Shown one piece after another: positions 1 through 14,060 of a stretch of DNA of 64,000 bases (the first letter of the stretch is position 1; every line of letters begins with the position of its first letter). Origin of the DNA: Octopus bimaculoides (lineage: Eukaryota); NCBI RefSeq assembly GCF_001194135.2, contig NC_068993.1:49228252-49292251 (forward strand), in the 5' to 3' direction. Position numbers and translations under genes: made by a program. The notes beneath the pieces were generated by a model. The model did not search any database, had not been told where the DNA came from, and saw only the letters and a list, made by a program, of their open reading frames with translations.

Positions 1-231
1 TATATATATATATATATATATTTGTGTGTGTTTGAGTTAGACCCCCCACCATCGCTTGACAACCAATGTTGGCGTTTACGTCCCCATTACTTAGCTGTTC
101 GGCAAAAGAGAACTATAGAATAAGCACTAGGGTTACAAAGGATAAGTCCTGGGGTTGATTTGTTCGACTAAAGGCGGTGCTCCAGCATGGCCGCAGTCAA
201 ATGACTGAAACAAGTAAAAGAATAAAAGAAT
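1..231 (+). mobile_element. 3' half of tRNA-derived SINE (family B), cut by window start
   Basis: Body CATCGCTTGACAACC...GGCGGTGCTCCAGCATGGCCGCAGTCAAATGACTGAAACAAGTAAAAGAATAAAAGAAT; the same sequence occurs reverse-complemented at 54384-54752. Confidence 0.85.
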
Positions 232-689
232 ACACACAAAAAAACCGGGATAGTCAATGCTGGAAACATCTTTCACGTTGTAGTCGCGGTTGGATCATGC
301 TGAGTCTGCCTCTGATATTCGTCGTCATCATCATCATCATCATCGTCGTCGTCGTCAGCTCTATTTTTTTAAATTCAAATTCGGAGATTATTTTCTCTTG
401 CGCGTTCTCCTCTTATGTGAAATCTGAAATTAAACAAACAATTAAAGATCGTGTTTGAGCTTTATTAGATTTCTAATTAATATAGTTTAAAGTTGATTGA
501 GATTGCCGCCCCACTCTTCCATCTAGTACTTCACACACACACACAACACTCCACTTTACTGAACATGTTTCCTAAAATCTAAATAATTCTCCAGAACATG
601 CAACAGACAACACATTACCTGACGTTAGATACGCTCTTTCTCTTATCCTCTCACTCTCTATCTATCTATCTATATATATATATATATAT

Positions 690-1332
690 NNNNNNNNNNN
701 NNNNNNNNNNNNNNNNNNNNNNNNNNNNNNNNNNNNNNNNNNNNNNNNNNNNNNNNNNNNNNNNNNNNNNNNNNNNNNNNNNNNNNNNNNNNNNNNNNNN
801 NNNNNNNNNNNNNNNNNNNNNNNNNNNNNNNNNNNNNNNNNNNNNNNNNNNNNNNNNNNNNNNNNNNNNNNNNNNNNNNNNNNNNNNNNNNNNNNNNNNN
901 NNNNNNNNNNNNNNNNNNNNNNNNNNNNNNNNNNNNNNNNNNNNNNNNNNNNNNNNNNNNNNNNNNNNNNNNNNNNNNNNNNNNNNNNNNNNNNNNNNNN
1001 NNNNNNNNNNNNNNNNNNNNNNNNNNNNNNNNNNNNNNNNNNNNNNNNNNNNNNNNNNNNNNNNNNNNNNNNNNNNNNNNNNNNNNNNNNNNNNNNNNNN
1101 NNNNNNNNNNNNNNNNNNNNNNNNNNNNNNNNNNNNNNNNNNNNNNNNNNNNNNNNNNNNNNNNNNNNNNNNNNNNNNNNNNNNNNNNNNNNNNNNNNNN
1201 NNNNNNNNNNNNNNNNNNNNNNNNNNNNNNNNNNNNNNNNNNNNNNNNNNNNNNNNNNNNNNNNNNNNNNNNNNNNNNNNNNNNNNNNNNNNNNNNNNNN
1301 NNNNNNNNNNNNNNNNNNNNNNNNNNNNNNNN
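690..1332. other. Assembly gap (N run); others at 2340-2398, 36074-36200, 51778-52083, 52961-53542, ~56762-56775, 60955-60964
   Basis: Runs of N, several flanked by (TA)n microsatellites. Confidence 0.98.
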
Positions 1333-2249
1333 TATATATACATAGTCATTCATTCTTTATTGCACTCGGTGCCTTTTTGTTTTTAAACACTCGCTCCATC
1401 CCACCCACCCACGACATCAGGCACAAGGTTCTACCCTCATCTCAGCATGTGACTACCCGCGGCATTGTACCATCCATGAGTCATACCGACATCGCCCTCG
1501 CAAAATGCATCGTTGCAACACATTATCCATAATTCAAACGAGAGAAACAATACTGGCAAAACAATGTTCTTTCACTTTTTTTTAAAATTTTTAATCTTTT
1601 GTTTTAGTTCAGTTGTTATCTGTGATAGTGGAGATGTAACTGACTTTGGGGGAAAACTATCTATTTAAGGCTTTTCAAATATGAGGCTTAGTCATTTCAG
1701 ATAAAAATCAGTTTGTTTTTTTTCTGTTGATAACCACCTGCTCCAACCCTCATTTCACCCACCACTCACATTTTTTGTCTCTTTTCAAAATAACGTTGCT
1801 CTTGTCTATATTGTCTCCAAAACTACTTATTTCGTCACCATAACTCTTACTCCACCTCAAACCGCAGTAACTTTCGAACATTTAGATCGTTTGCGTACCG
1901 TTTATCTACCGTTGTTAGCTTTCATTAAATTATTTTCAATACTTAATAACAAAGCAGTCTTTTCACGGTTACAAAGGAAAGTATTTTGAAAAGGTTATGT
2001 GTATTATGGTCAACCACTCGACCATAAATCTAGTGTGGACATATGGAATCAGTGTATCTATCTACCTATGTGTGTGCGTTTGTTATATAAAGAACTGAGA
2101 AGGATGACTTTTGTTGACCATTTATTTGGCAAGTTGATATAAAATTTACATTCATAAATGAATTATAAAACTATCTTTCATCGGTTGCTGCCAATTTTAA
2201 TATATTTAATATATATTAATACACACACACACACGTACAATGTGTATAG

Positions 2250-2290
<41 letters not shown>

Positions 2291-2308
2291 TAAACACACT
2301 TACACACA

Positions 2309-2339
<31 letters not shown>

Positions 2340-5300
2340 NNNNNNNNNNNNNNNNNNNNNNNNNNNNNNNNNNNNNNNNNNNNNNNNNNNNNNNNNNNCT
2401 CACATGCATACATACACAGACAGATAGATAGATAGATGTAAGTATGCCTCTTATCTATACTTAGATTCGTAACCATGTGGTTCTGGGTTCACAGCTACAG
2501 TGCGGCATCTTGAAAACGTGTTTTCTGCAATAGTCCCTTGTTAACCAATGCTCTGTACGTGAATTTGATTGCTGGAAACTGTGCGGAAGCGCCACCACCA
2601 CCACCACACACACACACACACATATACGTAATTCTGAGTTCTGGATTGGAAATTTATTATTTCAGTAGCAATGATATTTTTATTTTATGTGTTGCTGATA
2701 AAATAAGTGAAAATTGTTCGCCTGATAGGAAAGTTGTCTCTCTGATGCTGGATAACAGAGTTTTGGTTTAGTCACACAACTCAAGTACTCTGTTTAGGAG
2801 TGATTTCTGGAGTTTTAAATTTGCGTATTCGACTTCTCTGTTGGAGGCAAACATTTGATATTGTTCAACTTCATTGAAAATAGATTAAATAAAACAGAAA
2901 ATGAGGTGCAATATCTTATATAGGATTACTATGTCTCTTTTTTTAGGGTTGACTTAGCATAAAGATTCATCATTTTTACAATAGAGTTTATATTTTTGAC
3001 AGACAGGAAACAACTCCTATACATAAATATCAATAGCTTCATTTATCCTTTCAAGTTTTTCTTCCTAAAATCATCTGAAAATCTTTAGTTTGTGCCTCAA
3101 ATTTCAACTGAACTTTGTCAATGATTTAAAGCTTTGTCTCGTAAAGAGATACGACAGCTATAGTTTGAATTACACTACACAGAGAAGAGATCCATTTTCA
3201 GACGTTAACAAAATTTATTAATGCAGCACTTTACACACTCCCAAACTATGTTAATTGTTCTCTTTAATTGTCATTTCAATCAAGTTGATACGGTTATGTT
3301 ATGGAAGTGTAAAGTTCGCGCCAAACCCAGAAAACTTTCGGCAAACTATTGATATTATTATATTTCTAGTTGAATTAGTTATTAGATATTCGCTTTGTAC
3401 ATAAGTTGTCCGTGTCATTTTCATCACCATCATTACGACAAACGTAATTATTTAATTGGAAAACACAGTAAAACCTATCATTTTGCAAGCGATATTTATA
3501 AACTAAACAAAGTACGCGATTATATTTCTTCAACATTCCAATTTAGCTGTTTTATTAACGTGGTGCAAAAAGTTAAGATAAGAGAATTCTATCTGGTTTA
3601 TATTAGTTCAAATCACATCAAAGCAGAATCGTTACAGTGTAAGGTTATTTGTTTTTCTGAATTGCTGTGCTTTAATGTCAAATCACACCCATGTCACCTT
3701 TGTTTTTCGTTCCTTCGGGGTCGATAAAAAAAAAGGTGCCAGTCCAAAGCGATGGATTGGCAGAGCATCGGGCAAGATAGTCTTGTTTGTTCCGTCTCTT
3801 AGGTGGTACACTTAATTCACCACCCTGTTCATCACCACCACCTGGTCTTTAAGTTCCTTTGGCAGAGTTCACTCTGCTGTTAGCATTCGTGTTAGTTGTC
3901 GGGTTTAAAAATAACTTCTTCCCTCCCATCAGTCACAGAGGCGCTGAAGAAATCGGCTGTGGGCGCAGCTTTTCTTTTCCTGACCAAACGGTTAAAGAAA
4001 AAAGTTTTTTTTCTTCCATCTTACCTAAGTGAAGAAAATTAGAAGTGAAATATAATAAAATCGAGCTTACTGACCACTCTTGTACTTCTTAAGACGCAGT
4101 AATGTACACGAAAAAACCCCATATATATCATGAAGAATTCCTGACACAAACCAGTGCTATGATGTGGTGGCAAATTCTCGTAGAAGTAAGTTGATTCACT
4201 TCATTAATTTACTCTCTAATCTTCTCACCTCCCTATGCGCAGAGGTTATAAATTATCATATCAGATTACTGGAAATGGGCAGCGCTAATTCTCGAGTAGA
4301 TTCCACAAGGGAGCATTTTGAAATCATTGCCTCGTCCTTGTACGTATGTTTCTTGTCCCTAATGTAGCTAATGGAAACTACATCTCTGGATTCTTGCCTC
4401 CATAAAAAGCAAGTTTTCAGACGATACAACGAGTGTCTTTGCATTGCACTGACTTAAAGAACAGTAACGCATTTTATAACGTACAGATGCAATCTCTCTG
4501 AAAAAAATAAAAAGAAATTGAAATGAAAGACCGGTATTAATACTACGATTTTAGATCTGTTTGATTAGGGCTGACCAGGATCAAACAAATATTAAGTTCA
4601 GTACTTCTTTCTAAGAAATCTTGTGTTCAAATCTCACCCAGGTTTTCTGTTATCCTTTCATAACACACATATATGGATCGAGTTAATCGATTCCGATCTC
4701 TCTTAGTTCTTCTTGTCCTTACTTTAGATACTTGCTGTCTGTGATTATTGACTTAAGTAGTTGTAATGTCAAGTCTTTGTTTATTTAAACCAATCACTTG
4801 TTTCTCAGGCGAACGGTCAGAGTTGGCTAAACTGTAACTTTAATTAGGTTTTGGAAGGCGAAATCTTTCTGTCTGTTCATCCACCGTGCTAAATCGAGAC
4901 CTCGCCCGAATCATATGTCGCCATCTTGTACAGCTAATTAGTCTTTAAGGTAACCGTAGGTGGTGGGGCGAATTCATATCTATTTGCCCACCCATGCTAC
5001 TAAAACAAAACATTGAAAGAGCTTCTATCTTCTTGTTACAAAGCTTCTCTGTGGCCTTTCAATGCACCTCCGCGTGCGATCGTAGTAGAAAATTTATGTG
5101 AAGCATATATAGTTACTTTATCAATTGCTGGTGTCTAAAATTGATAAAAATCTTCCCCAATGTTTGTGGCGGACAACGTCATACCGTTCGTCAGCAATGT
5201 CAGTACGGAAGAGGTAGAGAATTTAAGCTGTTTATCTTGTTAACTCTCTGACAAGATACACAAAAAGATAACCGATCTGTAAAGTTTGTTATTGGTTTGA

Positions 5301-5464
5301 CCAACTCCATCGATTCAGACTTGACAATTGGGCAAATATAGAATCTCTTCAGTTTAATATAATTGTTTTGTTTGTGTGTGTGTGTGTGTGTGTGTGTTCT
5401 TTTTCATTATTTTGTAGTTGTATTTGATGATAATTCCTCCCTTCCTCTCCTTGTTGTTCAACAG

Positions 5465-5549
5465 ATAATGGGCATTGTGCCAACTCCCCTTTGCATATGC
5501 GAATGATAAATCGACTGAATATGCGTGATAAATATTCGTTTACTTAAGA
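5465..5549 (+). other. Candidate isolated spliced exon (85 nt), possibly non-coding
   Basis: Polypyrimidine acceptor CCTTCCTCTCCTTGTTGTTCAACAG and donor GTAAGT at 5550; all three frames contain a stop; no partner exons identified. Confidence 0.22.
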
Positions 5550-5783
5550 GTAAGTGTGTTTGTGTGTGTATGTTCTTGTAAATGTAATGTTTTTTCTTCT
5601 TCTTTTATAATAATACTGAATCCCTTGGATAAGTCAATTTCTATATGTGCCCTCTAAAAATGATTTTTGTTGTTGTTTTGGAAAGACAGAAATGAACCTG
5701 TTAGCTGCCAACATTGGATCAACAATCGAAGATTTCCATTCTTTACTTTAAAACGTGAAGCCTATTTCCACACAAAATTATGC

Positions 5784-5831
<48 letters not shown>

Positions 5832-5974
5832 CATACATACCTACATACATACATACAAACTATTATCCACCTCTTAACCTCCAATATTCTTTCTAGCTCT
5901 CTGATGCATTTAACACCTCCCTCTTTCATACAGTCACGCAGCACACATACACTCTCTCTCTCTCTAGAATTTAG

Positions 5975-6068
5975 CCAATTTATTTACAGATACGCTAATT
6001 TAGTGTCGAATTATTCTGAAGCATTCAGAGACCAACCAAATCGGTTTCTCTTTTACCTTTTCACCTCT
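5975..6068 (+). repeat. 94 bp segment duplicated at 13168-13261
   Basis: CCAATTTATTTACAGA(T/A)ACGCTAATTTAGTGTCGAATTATT...CAACCAAATCGGTTTCTCTTTTAC...TCACCTCT present at both loci with only a few differences. Confidence 0.9.
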
Positions 6069-9000
6069 AGAAAACTCGGCATTTTACCAACTGTTTTAGG
6101 AAATACTCGAAGGATAAAGACATGGGCAACAGAGGTTATAGAATGGAATAGAAATCAAATTTTTTTTTATATATCTTTATTGGTTTTTGTTGTCGTTTTC
6201 AGTTGATTCCTTTGTGATGTAATTACTTTACTTAGCTTGGATTCACGAAACCACCACACAATTCTTCTACATGTGTATTTATGCTATTTTTCCCTTGTGA
6301 TCTTTTGGGTCAACTTTGGCCGGTTTCATTTTGCTAGTTTTCCTTTGCCTGCTATTTAGCACTGTTGTCTGTCTAAAAATAAGAGCGTATTAAAACGAAA
6401 TGAAGCGAAAGTTTGGCAGCTGTTGAGGTTTTGTTTTTGTTATAAACCCAGTCAGTTTAATGATAGACAATTCTACGCCTTCTTTTTAGGCGCCAATAGA
6501 CTGGGATTTCTGCTTTTGTTGCGATTTCATGATATATAAACACAATTTCCCACAAATTTAGAAGTTCTTTGTTTTCTAGACAGAGAGCGCTCGATGTCAC
6601 TGTTTGCATGTGCACACACGCACACAGACATATATATATATATTCACATGTGTGTTTTTCCTTGTCAAATTCATTCTTTCCTAAAAACATTGGATCATGA
6701 ACTCGTGTCTAGTTAATTATCTTCATTTGAGTTTTAATACCGAAAGAGACCAATAAAAATGTTTCTCTTTAAAATATACCAGTTCCATATGTTGAGGTAT
6801 ATTAATGTAGCCGTTTCCGATTTGACTTACGAGATTTTATTTCCGAAAATCGTCTTAATTTTCTTCCAGAAAATTTGCTCTTCATCAGTTTGGTAGTTCA
6901 TAACGTATCCAATTAAGCGTTAGGATAATAATTCTCTTTAATTCTTTTTCCTTTTTATAATTTTTTTGGCTCGTTTATATTACTGGTTTAGTATCTTAGC
7001 AGTCTACGAAAATAAAGATGGGAGATATCAGTTAGCACATTTTAGCTTTTATATCTCTTTGGTCTTTGAATCTAAAAAAAAGATAAGATGCATTATATTT
7101 TGAATAAGTGAACTTGTTGCAGTTAGTTGCTTTCTTAAGTCTCTGTGTTCACGAAAAGACTAAATTTACTTTAAAAAAATGTTTGAATTTAGAATTAAGT
7201 CGAGTTGCTTTTGACATAGATATACTAGTTGAGTTTAAATACTTTGGCGTTAACTTCCAAAAGTAATGGTTTTCAATCTCGTTGCTAATCTATTAAAAGA
7301 ATCTTGGCAAGTAACTATGGAATTTTGCCTGGTTTTGTTAGAATGTCTGTACATGCGTACACAAAGATATTAGTATGTTGCGTATATCATTTGTCTATTA
7401 CATACATAACTTCGTATAACAATATTATGTTGCTGCATAAGCGTGCAATATATTTCCCAAGATATGTGCTTGAGAATAATATATTTATAAGGTATGATGA
7501 AATTATCTTTATTAGTAACTTTTTTTGCAGTAGTAGAAATCGATAAATCTTACAATGAGTTCGTGTCATATACGTTTTTTCATACTTTGTATGCTAACAT
7601 TTTAGTTTTCTAATGAAAGCGTTGTTTCTAGCAATTAGCGCTGTCTTATGTATGACTAGAATAACGGAAGATCTACATTTGCAATATGTATTCGAAAGCT
7701 TGCCACGGCTTACTTGTTTCCAAATTATTCTTCGGAAACATTCTTAGTTCCGCCATGTCTGAAGCCCAACGGGAAACGAAACTGTAAGAGTTATATCTGT
7801 AAATGGCTTTATTACGAAATAGTAGTAATAATGATACTGGTGGTAATTTTATAATAATTCTGCAAGTGATGTGATACCCCGGCTGTCTGGTCGCATATTT
7901 TAGTACTCTCTGGGCATTTTAAATCCTGATTATTGTCTGTCGTTTTTATTTATTTATTCTATTTTATCACCACTGGTGGCATTGGCAATGAACAATGCGT
8001 TGTGACGGTAAACTGACCTGAAAATCTACCGTGTAAAGTCTTAACCAAGGTTCAGTAACTTAATCGGCGTGTGTGTGTGTGTGCGCGCGCGCGTGCAGAT
8101 ATCTATGTGCTTCATGCGAGCACTTTGAAACAAGTCACTCATTGTGTTTGTCTTTTAATTAGCGAATTGGGTAAAGAAAGAAAATAATTAATCGTGGTGG
8201 CACGGAGAGATGGCTTGAATCACATCAGTTTCTGTTCTGTGTCACGGCTTCAAAAAGTTGTTTTGTAATTTGTCAAAACAATCTTTAAAATAATAATAAT
8301 AATGATAAAGAAATAAAACATACACATTGTCACCGTCACAAGTACCGTGTGTGTGTGTAACGAGTTCAAGATGTTTTAGTGTATTATCAAAATGTAAAAG
8401 GAAAAAGCAGTAAACTGAAGGAAATCGAGTTGTGGTTGGAAGTAAATAAACCCAGAATGTTAGACGAAATGAACTTAGCTACCGCCTGCAAACTCTCGCG
8501 CCTTTACAGGTTTCCTTGTGTTTATTTTCTTTTCTTTACATTACAAAATACTTATTCGCTTATAGGTCCAGCCTTTCTTTTCTGTCAGAATGGGGGATAC
8601 GTTTCAGAAAAAGGATATAAGAACTGGATTATATATAAAAAAAAACAACGTATACTCATGGACTTCGTATATAAAACTTTTCTGCTCGGAAGAAACTAAT
8701 CGTTATGGTTTGATGCAAATGAGTTAAACAGATTGTAACCTCACCTCTATTATTCCCTCTACTACATCGTATTGCATCACCCAAACACATTCGCTAACTC
8801 ACACACACATACATATACAAACACATGCAATTTGTCATTTAGAAAATGATTACGGATAAAACTCCACCTCCTTTTTCTTTTCATACTTCACTCTTTTGAT
8901 ATTGGAATGTCTTCAACAAAAAAAATAATGTTTCCTTTCTTTCCTTTTTTTTATTAATATATCAAATCTATATTCCATTGCCAGGCTGGAAGGGAAAAGA

Positions 9001-9629
9001 CCATAAAAATTATTAGTAACTAAAATCTTTCTTTAACATCTCTCCGAACTGATATAGAGTGAAAATGAACGACTTAGATAGAAAAGGTTACTTTCTGTGG
9101 GGCGTGAGAGAGATGTATCTATTTTTGCCCCTGTATAGAATAACCAATATCGCGTTTTATAGCTGAACTTACGTGACAATTTCGTTTACTGAGTAGACAT
9201 CTTCAGTTTCCAATAAAGATACTAAATTGTATGCGTGAAAGTATGCAGAAATTCAACGTCATAACATCACGTGATTTTGTACCTAGTTACAAAATGTGTG
9301 AGAAATCACCAAAGATTTGTAATTTTATCAGAAAATCGACTAAAAGTGGATTCATCATTTATTTATTTTCGCTCATACTGACGTACGTCACAAGACGAGA
9401 GAGACTGGCGTCTTACGGGAGGGACTTCAAGAGATTGACATTGCACGTCACACGACGAAATTGACCTAAAATATGAATATCTGATGTAACTCAATTTATA
9501 TCTGATTGTGTATAAGGAAATATTGGGTGGTTATAAGATTACTTATTTTGTATGTACCTCTGCTGTTCTGGCATAAAATGTGTTTGAATATTTCAAATGG
9601 TTATAATATGCTGTATATATAATTCTGGT

Positions 9630-10018
9630 AGTGGAGGCGCAATGGCCCAGTGGTTAGGGCAGCGGACTCGCGGTCATAAGATCGCGGTTTCGATTCCCAG
9701 ACTGGGCGTTGTGAGTGTTTATTGAGCGAAAACACCTAAAGCTCCACGAAGCTCCAGCAGGGGCTGGTGGCGAACCCTGCTGTACTCTTTCACCAAAACC
9801 TTCTCTCACTCTTACTTCCTGTCTGTTGTGCCTGTAATTCAAAGGGTCAGCCTTGTCACACACTGTGTCACACTGAATATCCCCGAGAACTACGTTAAGG
9901 GTACATGTGTCTGTGGAGTGCTCAGCCACTTGCACGTTAATTTCACGAACAGGCTGTTCCGTTGATCGGATCAACTGGCACCCTCGACGTCGTAAGCGAC
10001 GGAGTGCCAACAACTAAC
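9630..10018 (+). mobile_element. Full-length tRNA-Arg-like SINE (family A, resembles octopus OR-type SINE)
   Basis: A box TGGCCCAGTGG, loop GACTCGCGG, B box GGTTTCGATTCC, CAA-type tail, 14 bp TSD TATATAATTCTGGT (9616-9629, 10019-10032); close copies at 21084 and 53566. Confidence 0.92.
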
Positions 10019-10467
10019 TATATAATTCTGGTTACCGGTAAAATAGGAACAATGTCATGAATAAGATATTAAATATGTGTTTGTTGCGCCGACAAGAACA
10101 TAGAAACAGGGGAAACAACTGCAGTGTTAATTGCCCGACTATCGATGCAGCTCACGAGCAGAGAAAAGGGGATAAAAGGTACTTGGAACTGACAGTGCAG
10201 AAATCTTGAAGTGAAACTAAAGAGAAACAAGAGTTGCGTTGAAGCTTCAGCATATTATCCTTGCATTTTAAACCCATTGAAAAATGCAAGAGCATACGTG
10301 TGCGTCTGTGTGTGTGTACGCATACACACACGGAATCTATTCAGTTATATTCCGTTTTTTTTTTCTTTCTTTCTGAGGGGACATTCTCAGCTGAGAAGAA
10401 ACTTTATATATTGAGTACTTTCAATCTTGGTTCTGCTACCGGGATCGTTATATGTATTTAACCAAGT

Positions 10468-10766
10468 AACTGGCTCTCCGTCGGTCACGACGTTGATTCG
10501 ATCAACAGAACAGCCTGCTCGTGAAATTAACGTGCGCTCCACAGACACGCGTACCCTTAACGTAGTTATCAGGGAGATTCAGCATGACACAGAATGTGAC
10601 AAGGCTGACCCTTTGAAATACAGGTACTGCTCATTTTTGCCAGCTCAGTGGACTGGGGCAACGTGAAATATTGTGTCTTATTCGGGGGCACAACGCGCCA
10701 CCAGTAATCGAATTCCTGACCTTACAATCACGAGTCATACCCTAACCATTAAGCACGCGCCTTCAC
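10468..10766 (-). mobile_element. tRNA-derived SINE, family A variant with a different (CORE-like) middle
   Basis: Shares the 3' half (AAAGGGTCAGCCTTGTCACA...TTAATTTCACGAGCAGGCTG) with 9630-10018 in opposite orientation; middle resembles 57940-58245. Confidence 0.82.
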
Positions 10767-12487
10767 GTACTAAAAAATTAAAGCCTCGCTACTTTTTTCC
10801 TTTACAACAGATAATATTTGAATCTGAGATAGATTCCATTTGTACCATGTTAAGAGCTGGTGTTGATAAGTTTATAAACCGACTTAGCTCGTTATCATCT
10901 TGGTCATTTTATCTAAGCAGTTTGTTAATATATTTATTTATTTTTAATTCTTTGTTTATGGGAAAGTCAGACTTGTTGGTTGCGTTTAATCTGGACCAGA
11001 TGTATTCTTGTAGTAAAATATATTGTTATAAAATATGTATAACATATTTTATACAATTAATAAAACAGGTTTTATTTTGTAAATTCTTTTAAATACATAT
11101 TTTAGATATGATAAAAACTTCCAGGCCTCTCGCCTGTGTTTTGTTTTTTTTAACAGTCTTTAACTATTAAGCGTTGTAACATTTAACAAATGTTGTTCCA
11201 GTGATAGAATGGCAGAACGGTTCAACGCAGGGCAATATGCTTTGCTGTATTTGGTCCCATCTCTTTTCTGATTTCATTTCCTGTCCCGCTCCATTGCACA
11301 GGGATCTAAATTACTTGTTATCCTCACAGTGTCGATAAAATAAGTGCCGTCAAGTATTTGGGGCCGTTTTGAATTGACTATGTTAGAAACCATTATATTA
11401 TCAGATGCCGGAGAAGCAAGAAACAAGCCTCTAGTTTCGATTCCCAGTTAGAGAAATTTCACTTATTACACACCACTAAAGTCCTTGTCAAAGGCATAAT
11501 GTATTTCTCAAAAAATGACGAACACATTGGATAACGTCTTCTAAAATAGGAATGGAATGGTCCATACATAGTTCACCACGTTTTGATATTCTGCTTGATC
11601 AGAGTTTATCTAGTGTTATTATATACTACAAAGAAACAAGCAAAAAAAAATGTATACTGAGTCTGGTCATGGCTTATTTATAGCTGGGAGAGAGTGACTT
11701 TGTGAATGGTTATGTTCACACTATGTCACTTATGACAAGATACGAACCATCAACCGGTAGCCTAACTTCCCATCGATCCTCCTAATTCCCGATTCCCAAG
11801 ATTCCCTCTTTCTCGACTTGTGTGTAATAAATTGGACGCTGTGGGCATATTTGTTAGCTTTGGACAAAGAAAGAAATCACACAAAAAGTAAAAAAAAAAA
11901 TGCTTAGTATTCTTCGTTACGTTTTTTTTTTTTTTTTTTTTTTTTGTTTCCAGGGAATTTTTTTTTTTTTTAGACATAGCTTCGGATTATATAAATTATT
12001 AGCCAACATACACATTTATTATCTCCTAGGCCTGGCAACTGTCACACATGGTATGTGTTACACCCCATCCTCCACTTTTATGCTTAATAACTCTAGTTAT
12101 GAATTAGGTGTTAAATGCTTCTCACACATACAGAAAACACACACTCATACATATGTACACATACACACACATATAATACCGAATTAGATTTGATATGTAT
12201 TAAAATTAAAACCAGCATGCTGTCTAGTGTTGCCATTTTTTTTTACATACGCTAAAAACAACAATAGACAACAAATATAGAAATGAAATAAAACTGAAAA
12301 AGAATAAACAATCGCCATCTTTCTACGGTCACTAACTCAATTTCACCGACACCAAGTATTTTGGCGGAATGCTCCCTCAAACGTGTTACTGCGTAAATAA
12401 TTTCTCACTTAACAAGACATTATTTCTATCAAGCAAGTGGAAGACGTGTATGTAAGCGTGTGTGTGTGTGTATCTTCCACTTGCGTG

Positions 12488-12524
<37 letters not shown>

Positions 12525-12886
12525 TGGACGTATAAATATGTGTGTGTTTGTGTGTATAGTTATAACACATCGATAGTAAATATATATTTTTTTCTTAGAG
12601 TGTTTAGGAAAACAAAAAGTAAGAAAAATCCCCTCCCCATGTACATATCACACGTCCAATGTGGTGAGCAAAGAATTCATGGAGAAAACTTATTCCGGGA
12701 AATGTTTTTGAAAAGACATCTACTGGTTTCAAACTAGCATTTTTTTAAAAACTTGAGTGCATTATTAGATCTCTGTATGTATATTGAGGACGTCTATCAG
12801 CGCGTGTGTTTTTTGTATGTGTCTATCTATCTATATAAAGTAGCTAAGTGTGTATGTCTATGTGTATATTTATATGAGTTTGCGTA

Positions 12887-14060
12887 CAGGGTATCCTTTC
12901 TAATTTGAAAAATTCAGAGAAAAATGAAAAATAAGGCTAACTCAGCAGAGTTTATTGGAGAGCATAGGCAAACTGAGTTTTATTAGAAACATGGGAACGC
13001 TGATATGTGGCCTCCATTAGTTGCACGCAACACATCTTGACAATGTTCAATTTCTGACCATATGCGTTGAAGCACCCCCTCATCAGTGTCGGCTGTGGCT
13101 TGGCATAATTTTTCCTTCACATCATTGAGATCTAGAACTTTTGTACAATGGACTGTCTTTAATATAACCAATTTATTTACAGAAACGCTAATTTAGTGTC
13201 GAATTATTTTCGAAGCATTCAGAAACCAACCAAATCGGTTTCTCTTTTACGCTTCACCTCTTTAGTATATCTGGTGACCTAGGTAGTCAAAGAACTGGAC
13301 TGCCTTTTCTAATCCGCCGGTTTTGAAAAGTTTCATTAAGAAAAACTCCCGAACACTCAACCCCAAAGGGGACGGTGCTTCATTTTGTTGGAAAATAAAT
13401 GTTAATCGCAGGTGGTGCAATTCTTGTAAAAGAATGTAAGTGTTGGAAGTAGTCGTTTCTTCGGTAAAGAAAAACAGGCCAAATCACTCGATCAAACATG
13501 AAGCCGCACCAAACGTTGACTTTTGGGCTGCTTCTCTCCAGTTATCTTGTTTCATGTGGGTTTTCAGAACCTCAGATTCAGATGTTTCCTGATACATGAA
13601 ATGCTGCTTCATCACCGAAAGAACTCTTTCGAAGGAAGCCTTCATCCTCATCTAATCGAGCTAACGTGTCCATCACAAATTGTTTCTTTTAGGATTTGTC
13701 ATCGGGCTGAAGTGCTTGCAAAAGTTGCATTTTATAAGCATAAAACCTCAAATTCTTGTGCAAAACTCTGAATTTTTGACCGCAGTAAACTTAACTGTCG
13801 ACCTTCGGTATGAATGGACTTGGTACAACTACGATGAATGGTATTCTAATTCACTCAACGTCTTCCGCAGGTGTTTTGGTTGCCCAGCTCCTTTTTTCTG
13901 CAGGACGCTTCCTTTTGCCATAAACATTTTATGCGAGGTACGGATGCTTATACGAGTTAGTGGTTCTTTTCTTTACTTAATACGGTAATTCCACCTGAGT
14001 GTCTGATTTGGTTTCTATGGGCTAGAATACATATTGCACTTTCTTTTGCGGTGTTGTCAT
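12887..14060 (-). pseudogene. Degenerate Tc1/mariner (DD37D-like, DUF4817-type N-terminus) transposase
   Basis: Minus-strand pieces MTTPQKKVQYVF*PIETKSDTQV (ATG at 14060), NVWCGFMFDRVI, IFQQNEAP (FQQDGAP), *LPRSPD (WPPRSPD), GYIKD, LQRIWSEIEHCQDVLRATNGGH; TA-CAGGGT end at 12885-12892; many stops and frameshifts. Confidence 0.85.
13168..13261 (+). repeat. Second copy of the 94 bp segment, inserted in the Tc1/mariner pseudogene
   Basis: Matches 5975-6068; lies between the PRSPD and GYIKD codons. Confidence 0.88.

Noticed and set aside
598-1386. Long ORFs of 200+ aa at 598-1386, 51635-52134 and 52704-53623
   Set aside because: They are N runs translated as X, with microsatellite flanks.
4919-4927. 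CGCCATCTT (YY1-like) motif in CpG-rich sequence as a promoter; also at 12313-12321
   Set aside because: A 9-mer alone is weak evidence and no downstream gene structure supports a TSS.
9630-9700. tRNA-Arg-like sequences at the heads of family A SINEs (also 21084, 53956)
   Set aside because: No complete acceptor stem; each continues into a conserved SINE body with a TSD, so they are not tRNA genes.
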